From positions 80,974,001 to 81,038,000 of the forward strand of contig NC_087436.1 of NCBI RefSeq assembly GCF_036321535.1: a stretch of DNA of 64,000 nt. The letters run 5' to 3'. Positions 24,971 through 36,569 of the stretch are shown here, one piece after another. The notes under the pieces were generated by a model. That model did no database searches and was not told the origin of the DNA. It was given only the letters and a program-made list of their open reading frames with translations. Source of the DNA: Camelus dromedarius (Eukaryota). Positions within the stretch are counted from its first letter, which is position 1; each line of letters starts with the position of its first letter. The position numbers were made by a program, and so were the translations under genes.

Positions 24971-25988
24971 AAAAAGTCTACTCCCTACAATGGCCCTCCT
25001 ATAAAAAACCAAGCTGCAGCTATGTATAACTTATTAGCACCTAATTCGCATTTCTAAGAAAATGAAAGCTATCTCTAAGGGCAAAGGAACAAAGCATTAA
25101 GAGCTAATTCTTTTCAAATGTTGTGACACATTTATTTTTTCTTTTATTTGCTTCAGGGACCTTAGAATTTCACTAGATAACCAGTGTCATTCATGGGGTC
25201 GGAGAAGAAACCTTGCAGTTACTGTCGTCACACTTATTCCACAGCTGATTCTTATTTATAATCAGTCTTATTGTTTGTCTAGTTGTTCTTACAACAGTGC
25301 TGTTACTTACTTACTAGCTCTTGCTCACAATGACTTCTAACTTAAGGCAGATCTTTACTGTTTTAGAGCAAGGGTACATACCAATGTGTGAAGGAGTATA
25401 TCAACATATATTTTGTAAGTGGCAGCATTGTTAAAATGAATCCATAGCTTTCTAAGTTGGCTTGATTAAAAAAGCCATCCGTGTTAGTTTGGAGATGTCA
25501 GTTAAGTTCAGTGTACCTATTACATTTCAAGCCTGTAGTTTTATAGTCCAAGTTCATATTTGAATTTAATATTAATGAAATTTTCTGCTTTAGAATCATT
25601 CAAAAGATGTCAGATACTACCATTAACATGTAGTCTCATGGCTTTAAGTGGGCGAGAGACACCTGGAAGATTAGAATGCCTTTATCAGTGTTTCACTCCC
25701 TCTTTTCCTCCTGTCTACAGTGATGGCCCAAGGTCTACGTATTTGAAGCCATGGAAAATTAAGGAGCATTCTCAAGGGCTCCACTTGAAGAGAGTTCCCA
25801 CTTAGCCCACACCCTTGACTAGCTCCAGGATTGGCCCTTCCATTGCCTTAGCTAGTAGGGCTGTCCCGTTATCACCTCTCAAAGGAGTGTCCCATTCAGC
25901 AACAAAGTGAAACCCAAAATAAGACAAAGAAACAGATGGCTTAAGTATTATTGCTGAAGTGGAAATGTAGATAGAGGCTGACCTAGGT

Positions 25989-26472
25989 CTGCGCTGCTCC
26001 GTGTAGTAGACATAGCTACTGAGCACTTGTAACGGGGCTGGCACGACTGAGGAACTGAGTTTTTAATTTATTTCTAACATCGTATAATTTTAATTAACTT
26101 ATCATTAAATTTAAAGCCATATGTCTTCAGTTATTAAAAAAATGAAGTATCTTTTAGAGTAGTTTGTTTCTGGGAATCTACTTTTTAAACTAAGTTTTGT
26201 GAAGTCTATTACCAGTCAGGTATTTCTGATAAAAATTTAGCCTCCAAATTGAGATGTGCTGTGAATAAAAAATGCACACTGGATTTTTAAAACTTAGTAA
26301 AATCTCTCACTATTATTTTTAGTATTACTTATACTTTGAAATCATAGTTTTTGGATATATTGTTTTAAATATATATATTTTAAATTAATTTCACGTTTCA
26401 TTTTGCTTTGTTAATGTAGACAGCAGGAAATTTTGTAGGTGGCTCCCATTATATTTCTGTGAGGCAGCACTG
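25989..26472. mobile_element. hAT-Charlie element (MER3/MER33, Charlie5 family)
   Basis: CTGCGCTG...GCTACTGAGCACTTG...GACTGAGGAACTGAG and CCAAATTGAGATGTGCTG...CATTATATTTCTG...CAGCACTG. Degenerate 8-bp TSD ACCTAGGT/AGCCAGAT. Confidence 0.8.
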
Positions 26473-27239
26473 AGCCAGATGTTTATGACAGCCCCAGATT
26501 TCCATAGTACTGGGTATGGAGAAGTCCAGTGTTTCATGGTATTTATCCATGACTCCAATAGGGACTGAATATAATAGTGGTGACAGTAAGTAATGTTATG
26601 ACCCCAGAAAATAATTGGATTATTTTATGACTGAGGTACAAATTGTTGACCAAATGGAGTTAATGCCAACCTAACAGGTCATTAAAACAACTAGGGATAT
26701 TTAGAGTGAGGACTGAATAACTGTTTACCGACATTTTTCTTATTCCAGATTTCCTTTCCACAACCTTCAAAGCAATTTATCTTAGACAAAGTTAGCTAAA
26801 CAAAATATATTGTTCAAGTTATATCACATGATGTATGTAAGTCAAGCAATAAATATCAATGAATCATCAACTCAGATGTGGACTGCTCATGGCCTCAGAG
26901 TGGAATACAGGAGAAGCCCATGAGACTCTGTTTGTACCCATGTGGAACTTAGGAATCTGGTATGGCAAGAAACACATTTTAGAAATTGATAATATAAAGT
27001 GCCATATGTAATAAAGAACTAAATCTGATAGATTCTAATTGTTTGGGAATTTAGGGGAAAACCAAACATATGTGAACTGAAGTTGTGTAAAAACTACACA
27101 GTAGAGATGGGGCTTGAGCTTGGATGGTCAGATTTGCATGGCCTGGGGGAGGGAGCTCCCAGAGACCTGAACGTTGACACACTGGGCTTTCTTTTGGGTC
27201 ATTGATCACTTTTTGATAACTGTTCACTTCCTTTTTATT

Positions 27240-27350
27240 CACTAAGATGTAAACTCCTTGAAGACAGTGATTCTATTTATTTCACCTTCCCAGTCCTAAA
27301 GCCTTTGGTGCCTGGCCCAGAGAGGGTATTCAGTTATATTTATGAATGAC
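27240..27350 (+). mobile_element. L2 3' end fragment
   Basis: ACTAAGATGTAAACTCCTTGAAGACAG...GTGCCTGGCCCAGAGAGGGTATTCAG...ATGAATGA. Confidence 0.65.
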
Positions 27351-28150
27351 ATCAACATCTGTGTGAAGAGATGAAAGCATTCTCGTCAGAAGAAAGGAAA
27401 TAACCAAAGAAACAGTGATGAGGATGAGCATTATGAGATATGGGTAGCAACAGACCTTTCATGGTCTCATTTTCTTATCTAAAGAAATGAAAATGGCTCC
27501 TAACTGCTTCCCAGGGTTGTTAGAGATGTTCACATATTAAGTGAAAGGACTTGATGATAAACCATAGGGTACTATACACATCCACGACTTCACTGTTATT
27601 CAGCTGGGGACTGATTCTTATTCATCTTTGAAGTTATCTTATTGCATAGAAATAGATATTCAATAAATAATTGTTTAATAAGTGAAAGCTTGAAGTCTTT
27701 GCTGATGATGAAAACTGATGTGTATAAGTCCATGAATATTTTAATATTTTCGTACCTCTTTTGCCTTTTCAGCACTATTTTTTTTCTATTCTTAAGTATT
27801 TCTCAGGTTTGCAGATATATGGACTCAGGATTGAGTTTTCCCATTATATAGAGAGCATGTCTCAATTGAAATACACCTTCACATTGCTCATGTGGGTCTC
27901 TTATGTAAAGCAGTTGGGGAAAACATAACAATATTTTCTGGAATCCTTATTCAAATGTACCCAAAGAAAATAATTTAAGGGTGACAAGGGCAAGATTATT
28001 ATTAAGGAAAATAGTGCATTAAAAATGCCAGCTTTAAAAAAGGGAGATGCCATCTCCAGAGAAATATATGCAGAATTGCATGGTTTATTTTGAAGGTTAC
28101 AGGAGTGATCTTCCATTTTTAAATTGTGGCTTTCAAAGAGTGTTTTTCTG

Positions 28151-28213
28151 TGATGTACATTTTTGATATCTTACAGTTTTGTCAATTATATCTCAGTAAA
28201 GCTGGGAGGGAAA
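28151..28213 (+). mobile_element. 63-bp extremely truncated L1 3' terminus
   Basis: ...TTGTCAATTATATCTCAGTAAAGCTGG is an L1 terminus. 16-bp TSD AAAGAGTGTTTYTCTG at 28135-28150 and 28214-28229 (1 mismatch). Confidence 0.75.
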
Positions 28214-29134
28214 AAAGAGTGTTTCTCTGCCTGATTCCCAAGCATCTGACCTAAGGCTAAAAGACTTAGAAAAGTTTTGTCATTGCCGGCCAAAAGAGAA
28301 ACACAATGCAGATCCTAGAGATAAAACTCCAGCACCCTGTCTCCAAGCCCTGCAAATTCATCTTGTGGAATATTCTTTCCTTCTATTCCCACTGCTGTCA
28401 TCCTTTGGATGCCTGGGTTATTGCCGTTTTGTGCAACAATTTAACCTGTTTGTCTTTGGCCATTGCTATAATTAAATCCACCTTTGATACTGGTGCCAGT
28501 TCAGTCTTCATGCCTCTCCTCTCTCCACGAATCTATGTTGGCCTTCTCTTGGTGGGACTTTCCAGTCCTGATTGACCTAGGCAACCTCATTTCTCTGTTC
28601 TTCCACACAGGCTGGTCTTTCTACTACCCTCCTCCAATATTCCAATATACCCCCCTTCTTTCAGCCTTTCCCTGCTTGGAGTTCCCTTCTCTCTCTTGGC
28701 TGAGTCTTATCAGGCCTGGCTCTAGTCCTGTCCTTCGGCGAAACTTTACTTCAGCTTGTCCCTGCACTGAGTGACCACTTCCGTTGTCTGAAATTTTAGA
28801 CCACTCTGGCTATACAACTGATTTGATCATTTGTAAAATTTGACTTTCTGGTATTACCTTTCATGGTTATGGAAATGTCTTATTTGAATAAATTAGAAAT
28901 GTCTTAATTGAATTAAATTAATTGAAAATAATGTAAATTTTTTTAAAAGCACAAGAAAAAGGGATATCTAGATTATAAAAAGTCATACACACACGTTTGA
29001 AAGCATGCAATGTGTTACAGAAAGAGGACAAAATTATTGATGTATTAGAGAAATGTGTTTTAGCACTGAAAGTTGAAGCAGTACCTTCATATCTCTTTCT
29101 CTTTGAGGAACTCTTTCTTTATCCATGTATTTTG

Positions 29135-29315
29135 TTTTTTTAGTAACTTACTTATTTAAAAAAAAACTTACTTATTTTTATTTTTTTTTAATTTTTGAGG
29201 GGAAGGGAGGTCATTAGGTTTATTTATTTATATTTTTAATGGAGGTACTGGAGATTGAACCCAGGACCTCATGCATGCTAAGCACATGCCCTACCAATGA
29301 GCTATACCCTCCCCC
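29135..29315 (-). mobile_element. tRNA-Ala-derived SINE, camelid Vic-1-like
   Basis: Minus strand GGGGGAGGGTATAGCTCATTGGTAGGGCATGTGCTTAGCATGCATGAGGTCCTGGGTTCAATCTCCAGTACCTCCA with A and B boxes and an A-rich tail. 14-bp TSD ATCCATGTRTTTTG at 29121-29134 and 29316-29329. Confidence 0.9.
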
Positions 29316-30902
29316 ATCCATGTGTTTTGAAATATTCATCTTCTCTAACCTGGTAGCAAGTTTATTCTTAAGGCATAGAAAAAAACCTGGTTTGAGTTCT
29401 GCAACTTTAATGCTGCCCACTTGCTTTTTGCTTTATCATGATACTTTTCCAGGTTTGACTATATTAAAGGATAAATTTTACTTTGAACCCAGAGGCTTTT
29501 CATGAGATTTTAAATTCTATATTTATAATCTAGAATATATATATTATTATATAGTTTAATAAATTAAATATAAGACATTAGAAATGCTACTTTGTATTAT
29601 GGGCTGCTGTAATTATACCTTTTGCTGGCACAATTTACTAGAAAAGCCCTGTCCCTAATAAATCTATTCTAACAGCACAAAGACAGAACGGTGACAGGAT
29701 GTGCCTCCATACTTACGGTACTTAATCTTGACTATCCAGAAATATTTTTCAAAGATCAAACCACAGCACACTGGCTCTTGGCCCTGGAAAACTTGGGCTT
29801 TGATGGTGATCAAGTATTGCATGTGAAGGGGCGGCTCTTAAAAAGGCCTCTTCAAAATAAATAGATAGGAATGTACACTGCTCTTTTGTTTCAGAAAAAA
29901 GACTTTGCCAAGATTATTTTTTTTTAATGACACTTTATAAGTGTATTTTCCTCCTTTGGGTTTTTGACTGGATGCTTATCATTATGAGAAAATGCCATGG
30001 AATGTGCCTGTTTCTTTCTGTTTAAGCGGGCACTAGGACCCTGAAGAAAATGTCTGTCACGCAGATCAATGAACAAAGACAAGAGTTCAAACCTTCACAC
30101 GTATTCGGGCCCATTTTCCTTCCTCTACTCTCCTTCTCTCCACTCCTCTTTCTCTCTGTCCTTCTCCCCGTCTCCCTCCCAGGTTCCCACATCACTCCTC
30201 TCCTCCTATCTTAGGCTCATTTTTCTTCCTCTACTCGATTCACCCTACTTTTCCTCTCACGTGCATTTCTGTCTCCATCATTTCATGACAGTGCATCTTC
30301 ACTGTATCCTTCTCCTCTCTCCTTTGAGTCGCTGTTTACTCTAGCATTTCTTTCTTTTGCAAGGAGAAACTATATCTTTTCTCCAGAGAAGCATTGGCCG
30401 CATAGAACCTGTGTGTTGTGTACACTTTCTTGTTTGCCCGCCCTGAATGTCTGTTTCCTCTAGATGAGTTCTTAGCTGTGGTAATTCAAATGAAAGTCCA
30501 ACAGCCACCCACAAAATACAGAGAACCCTTTTTTGAAGATTAAAATTGCCTCAGGATAGATGTTGGCCATTGCAGCAATTTAAAAGGGTAGAGTTAAGCT
30601 ATTTTGTAAAATATTTAAAAATGACTACAAAGATTATGTTTACCACAGCTGAGGCAGAAAATAGGAATTCTGATTTTAAAAGATCTAAGAAAAAAGAAAA
30701 AAAGATCTGTCTTATGTGGATTTACATGTAATTAGAATTTAATAAAATTGAAAATTATATCTATTTTACATGTAATTATATGTTTCTTTTTATCATCCTG
30801 GAAAGACTTCAAGCTGATGTGGTAGTAAAACATGGCACTCTGAAGGCTTTTGAGTTACAACTGCAAACTCAAAATATATTATATATAATGTAATAATGGG
30901 CA

Positions 30903-31360
30903 TTATATTAGGCTTTTAGGTCTGCAGTAACAAAGTGCCAAGAGCTGGGTAGTTTAAAACAACAGAAATTTATTCCCTCCTAATTCTGGAGGCTGCATGT
31001 CTGAAATCCAGGTGTCAGCAGGGCCAGGCTCCCTCTGAAGCCTGTAGCAGAATCCTCCTCCTCTTCTTCCCAGCTTCTGGTGGTTTGCCCACAATCTTTG
31101 GCATTCTTCGGTTCACAGCTGCATCACTGCCATGTCTGCCTTCATCACCACATGTGTTCTCCCTGTGTCTCCCTGTACTCATGGCCACCTTCTTATAGAG
31201 ACACCAGCCATCTTGAATGAGGGGCCACACTACTTCAGAATGACCTCATCTTAGCTGATTATTCCTGTGACAGTAATATTTCCAAATAAGTTCATATTCT
31301 GGGGTAGTGGGGGTTAGGACTTCAGTACGCCTTTGGGGGAACATAATTCAATTCATAACA
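30903..31360 (-). mobile_element. MaLR solo LTR (MLT1C-like)
   Basis: GTAACAAAGTGCCA...AAACAACAGAAATTTATT...TTCTGGAGGCT...GTGTCAGCAGGGCC...CTCCCTCTGAAG...TGACCTCATCTTA...GGGGTTAGGACTTCA...ATTCATAACA. Confidence 0.9.
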
Positions 31361-31565
31361 GGTGGTCTGGGTTCCAGTCTCATTCTTCCACCAGTTAGCC
31401 ACCCTGACCTTTGGCAAATTACTTAACCTTACTGAGCCCCAACTGTAACATATAGATAATTATCATTCCTATCTCATAGTGCCATAAGAATTTAATGACA
31501 TGATGCTAAGCAAAATTTCTGGAACATAGTAAGTACAAGTAAATACTAGCCATTCTTATAGTTAT
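31361..31565 (+). mobile_element. MIR SINE (abuts, and may be interrupted by, the MLT1C)
   Basis: CTGGGTTCCAGTC...TGACCTTTGGCAAATTACTTAACCTTACTGAGCC...CTGGAACATAGTAAG. Confidence 0.8.
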
Positions 31566-32854
31566 TATTTAGGTTGTTATTTTTATTGCTGTTATAGTTG
31601 TTAGAGACATCCTACCTTAGTATCTGGCCCATTGTAGTTGCTAGTTAAATGTTAAATTTCATTCTCTTGGGGCCATTATAAATAAATTTCAGTCACTCAG
31701 GGTCATTATAATTCATATGCTGTGGATGTTGAAAAATGCCTTTAGAAAATGCTCAACTATGGAGTGGCTAAGGTTACCATATTTCACTAAAGGTTTGCCA
31801 TCTGGATGTTAAGGAATTTAGTTACTGTGTCTTTGGGGATTGTTTGGAAATGTAGGGGATCCTAGAATAACTCAGCACTGTGGGTCATGACTGATGAATT
31901 GAAGTTTAAGAGCCTGAGTCTTCATCAGATTTCCCTATCATTTGTCACAAAAAGGTTTTTGTTTTTAAGAAAAAGCTTATTTGATTTACATGTGCTAAAG
32001 ATAAAACTAAAAATATTAGATATTTTATGATAAAGATGAGCCATTTTTTGATACAGAAGAAATAGAGACTGAAAGAAGTTAAATTCTTCCCATTGTCCCA
32101 AAGAGGTTCAAGTGAATTAGAGGCTAATTGAAATTAGGACTCCATCAATTGTTCACATTCCAGAGGACAAAGTACCCAAAAAGGATTTGAATGTGTTCTC
32201 CAGGTTAGGTGCGTGGACCATCTTAACAAATGCTTGGTCATGGGGTACTTTTCTTGCCTGTTAGATTACTTTGAATTTGTCTCTGCTTTGAGAATCGTGG
32301 ATACTTCTTCTGTGTCACTCTTGTCCTTTAGCCTTCTGCTGTATACACAGAAGGATAATAGCTACTGGACCTTCACTGATTCATGGGAACATCTCAATCA
32401 AGAGGCAGATCTGCAGGCAATTTGCCATCTATCTCCAAATGGGGTTTGGCAAAGAAGTTTATTTGGAACAGTCAGTTAGAAGTGGCTGCCAAACCTCCAA
32501 CAGACACCTTGAGTGAAGAAGAAACATAGGAATTTTTGAGCAATATCAGTTGCTGGAGGACACATGAATTTTTTAAGTCTTGCCACTGTGTTCAAACACA
32601 GGGGTAATCCTACTTCTAGTATTCATTTTGGCCTCTGGGACTACTAATATACCCTTACCTCTCTGATCATTTTTATCCCACTTAACAAAGACAGGGGGAA
32701 GTCATAGCATGCCACGTTTGAGGAGAAATTTTCTTTTGTTTAGTTTTCAATTCTCCTGTCCAGCTGCCTAAATACTCACTGTTCGGAATTACTTCCTTTT
32801 TCTTTCTTAAGATTTCTTGTATTTTTAAAAATAACTTGATTGTACACATATATA

Positions 32855-33335
32855 GGATCTCTTAGTCCTGAGGCTTTGTCTACTAGAGACAGAAACCAAT
32901 GTCAAACTGTTTTAACACAGAGAGGAACTTTTTGGCTCATATGAGCAAATAGGAGGGTTGGTGTGTAGCTCACTTCAGAGCTGACTAGAACTGGGGTGAA
33001 CCACTGTCAGCACTCTGTCTATCCATCTTTCTTCTGTCAGTGTGATGGCTTTTTTCTCTGAGGCTATATTTTCCACCAGTGAGGGAATTTTCTGCAAGAG
33101 GACTTCATTCAAATTCCTGATTACAAGAAGAGAGTGAGTTCCTGTCTCCTAGCACATGTTTGCTTGGTCTCCTCAGCAGGCTCTGATTAGCTCAGCCCAA
33201 TAGATTACGTATGTACATTTTAGCCAGTGGGGTGGGACTCTGTCATAGTCAGCTAACACTAGAGCCATATGTCTGAGGGGGAATTTCTCAAAGGAACAGG
33301 TGATATGTGGGTGCTAAAATAATAAATGCCCAATG
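32855..33335 (-). mobile_element. Old MaLR LTR (MLT1J/K-like)
   Basis: GACAGAAACCAATGTCAAACTG...TTTTGGCTCAT...CTCTGATTAGCTCAGC resembles ancient MLT1 LTRs. Confidence 0.45.
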
Positions 33336-34334
33336 TATCTGCTACTATGAAATGTTTTCTTATTTGCTGGTTTGTTTATTCCATGATTTTTTCCCCTTGT
33401 AATGGACTCTCTTCTCCACTCTTTAGATTTCCTGATTCTAATTTGTCTATAATTTTGGTGTTTATCTTAGAGGTCTGATCTAAGTTGCAGTTGTGATGTC
33501 TTCACTGGCTCTTCCATGGAGAGCTGTCATGCCAGGCTCCCACTGTGCATATATTGCCTTTACCTGCAATTTGTTCTCTAAGAAAAGATTTGCATTCCTT
33601 TTTTTTTCTGTCTCTGGAAATTAGCTCCTCCTCAGTCTTATTGAAAGTCTTTGTGGAATGCTTCATTTTAATATAATTCCTGCAGCTTTTGTTCTACAAT
33701 GGCACAAATTCCTCCCTTTCATCATCATTCTGTGCACATAGTGTATACCATTCCCTTTTCTTGTGTTAGTTCCTTGACACATTGCTCACCTTTTCCACAT
33801 TCAGTAAATACCATATCCCCAACAATTCTGCTGTAGTAATCCATTTATTTCTTAATGAGTTTAAGACTGAGATATGTATTTGGATTGCCTTTTGTAGCAG
33901 TGCACTAAATAATTCCATCTGTTGCTTTGCTTATGCAAAGTGTCAGTCACAAGGGACTCTTAGAGTTATTACATAAGTAGATTTATATTGTCTAAAATTC
34001 TCATGTCAATAACACTTTAAAAATATATATGAGTATGAAAATGCAACATAAATTATGGAGTTAGATTGGTAACAAAGGTAATGAGTATTCTTTCATATTC
34101 ATAGAGGTTAATTTACAGAGGACAACTCCAATAGACTGTTCCGCAGATATTTATTCAAATCACTAAGCTGTCTGTACTGGGAGGAGCAGCCTCATTCAGG
34201 TGCTTTGACCTTTTACTCCTCTTTCAATTACCTCCTCACCTCCTTTTCCACAGGAGGATTTACCCATGGCACAAAACCATCTGCAGGTAGCTGCAGGAGA
34301 AATTGTCATCTAGAGATGGGAACGAGGAGAAAAA

Positions 34335-35423
34335 AAGGAGACAGCACAAATCAGCAACACTGGGAATGAAACTGCATTAAAACCACAGATATAAAAGAGA
34401 TTTTAAAGTTCACAGGAGAGTGGTATGACTGTATTGTAGCAATAAGCTGGGCATTTTAGATGAAATGGATAATTTTCTAGCAAAATATAAATTATTAACC
34501 TAGCCGAGGAAAAATAGAAATCATGAGTAATCAGTAAGGAAATCAGTGAAGGAAATCAAATTAATGGTAAAATGCCTCGCCCACCCCCCATCTTCAAATG
34601 ACATGAAGCCCAGGTATTTATAGACATGGTTAAAAAAAATGTAAAAGCAGAAAATCCCTATCTTAGGCATACTAGATCAGAGAGTCAACATAGGAGAGCT
34701 AACCAAACAACTTTATGCAGCTAGTATAACTTTGATGTTAAAAATGGTTACAAGGATAGAATAAGAAGTTATAGTGTATTCTCACTTATGAATATGAAAG
34801 CAAAAACCTTAGTAGAATATTAACAGAATATTTTTAGTAAGTATAAAAAATTCATGATAGCTGAGTGATGGTTATCCAAAAATGCAAGTATGGTTCAATA
34901 ATCAGACATGTATAAAATTTAGGAGAAAACCTCATACGGCTTTCTTAATGGAGAAAAAAAAAAGCATTCAATAAAATTCAACACAATTGTGATATAAACT
35001 CTTAGTAAATTAAGAACAGAGAAAATTCTCCATTATTTTGGAAAGAGATATCTGTCAAAAACCTCCATCAAATTTTACAGTTATTTAGAAAACTTTATAA
35101 ATATTTCTATTCAAGTCAGCAACAGGATAAGAATTCCTGGATTATCCTCATTTTTCAGCATTGTACTAGATGTCCTAGACAGCCTTAAAAGGCAAGAAAA
35201 ATAAGAGATACAAGGACTTAAAAGGAAAAGAAAAATAAAATTTTATAAATAATGAAACTGAAATAGAAAATCCAAGCGAGGCATCAGATACATCATTAGA
35301 ACAATTTTAAAATGAGTTTGGCATGTTCATTAGATTCAAGATTAATATGCATAAAATAGTAGCATTCCTGGAAATCAGCAATTAACCAACTAGGAAGTGC
35401 CAGAGTTAAAATATACACCATTT
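34335..35423 (+). mobile_element. Ancient L1M ORF2 fragment, heavily decayed
   Basis: TTAGATGAAATGGATAATTTTCTAG, AAAATGCAAGTATGGTTCAATA, AAAAAGCATTCAATAAAATTCAACA and CATTGTACTAGATGTCCTAG are collinear with L1 ORF2. Confidence 0.8.
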
Positions 35424-35757
35424 ATGGTGGGCAAAATAGTAACCCCCTCCCCCAAATAATGTTCACCCTGAAACCTGTGAATATGTTAGTTTATTTGGCA
35501 AAGGGAATTAAATTTTCAGATGGAACTAGGTTTAAGATAAAGGGATTATCCTGGATTATCCAGACAGTTTCAGTGTCATTACAAGTGTCCTTTAAATATG
35601 GAAGGGGGAAAGAGAAAAGTCAGTGTCAGAGTGATACGACGTGAGAAAGACGCCACCTGCCACTGCTGGCTCTCGAGATGGAAGGGGACAAGGAGCCAAG
35701 GCATGCAGGCAGCCTCTAGAGGCTAGAAAAGGTGAGAAGTGGATTCTTCCCTCTGGA
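35424..35757 (+). mobile_element. MaLR LTR (MLT1D-like), 3'-truncated
   Basis: AAACCTGTGAATATGTTA...GGATTATCCTGGATTATCCAG...GAGCCAAGGCATGCAGGCAGCCTCTAGAGGCTAGAAAAGG...GGATTCTTCCCT. Confidence 0.85.
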
Positions 35758-36226
35758 GGAAGATAATTGGCCTTTATTCTCCTGCTAAAATGCCTGGAGG
35801 AAGCTTCCCTGTGCTCTTCCCCTTTTTGTCTCTCATATACAGGGGCCTGGAGGGCTCAGGCTTTCTAGTCATTTCTCTTCTTGGGCTCTTGGGCTCTAAG
35901 AGACCAGGCTTACGCATGGAGCTCACCCAGTTCACAAGGAAGAGGCTCCAGAGGGGTTTCTTCTCAAATCAACCACTTGCAGACCCAGTAACCGTTTGAG
36001 TCAGGAGCAGCAGAGAGAAAAGAGTTAACAGTGAAGGGGAAGGAAGCCATATTTATTCCCAACCTCCCAGAAAGCCCTTGATTAAACCTGTCTAAAGTTC
36101 TTGTCCAGTGACTTATTGACCACAAACTTGCATTGGCCCAACTGGCCCAGCTGGATCATGTCTTGTCTTTGCATTAATAAAATATATGGAAATCATTTTA
36201 AATGTGTAAATAAAAATGATACAGTC

Positions 36227-36500
36227 TGTCTTGGTCTGGGTACCCCTAAGAGCAGATCCTGAAACAAGGATTTGAGTGAAAGGTGATCTAAGGGAGCATG
36301 CTGAAGAAGTGGAGAAACCAGACAGAGGAGAAAGAAAAGTCAGTGAAGGGTGCATGGAGTAAGGGGACGGCTCTGGGCATGTAGGGCCCAGTCATGCTGG
36401 GCACCCTCTGAGAGATCATGTAGAATATTTTCAGAACTATCTCGTCTAGGAAGCTGAGAGACTGGGGCTTTATACTTCAGAACTTTCAGCCTGGTTGGCA
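36227..36500 (-). mobile_element. ERVL LTR (LTR33-like) fragment
   Basis: TGTCTTGGTCTGGGTACCCC...GCAGATCCTGAAACAAGGATTTGAGTG...CTCTGAGAGA...TGTAGAA. Confidence 0.7.
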
Positions 36501-36569
36501 TGCATGAACTAAGCGCTTATACACCAATGATCTAAGAACTCCTCCAAGTGTAAGGACACATTTTTAAAA

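Noticed and set aside
25135..25200. Strong acceptor TTTTCTTTTATTTGCTTCAG (25156), and similar ones near 4750, 43082, 51633 and 56497
   Set aside because: No convincing donor at exon-like distance; such acceptor-like tracts are common in T-rich introns.
29238..29315. Functional tRNA-Ala gene
   Set aside because: Attached SINE body, A-rich tail and TSD, plus mismatched stems, indicate a SINE head.
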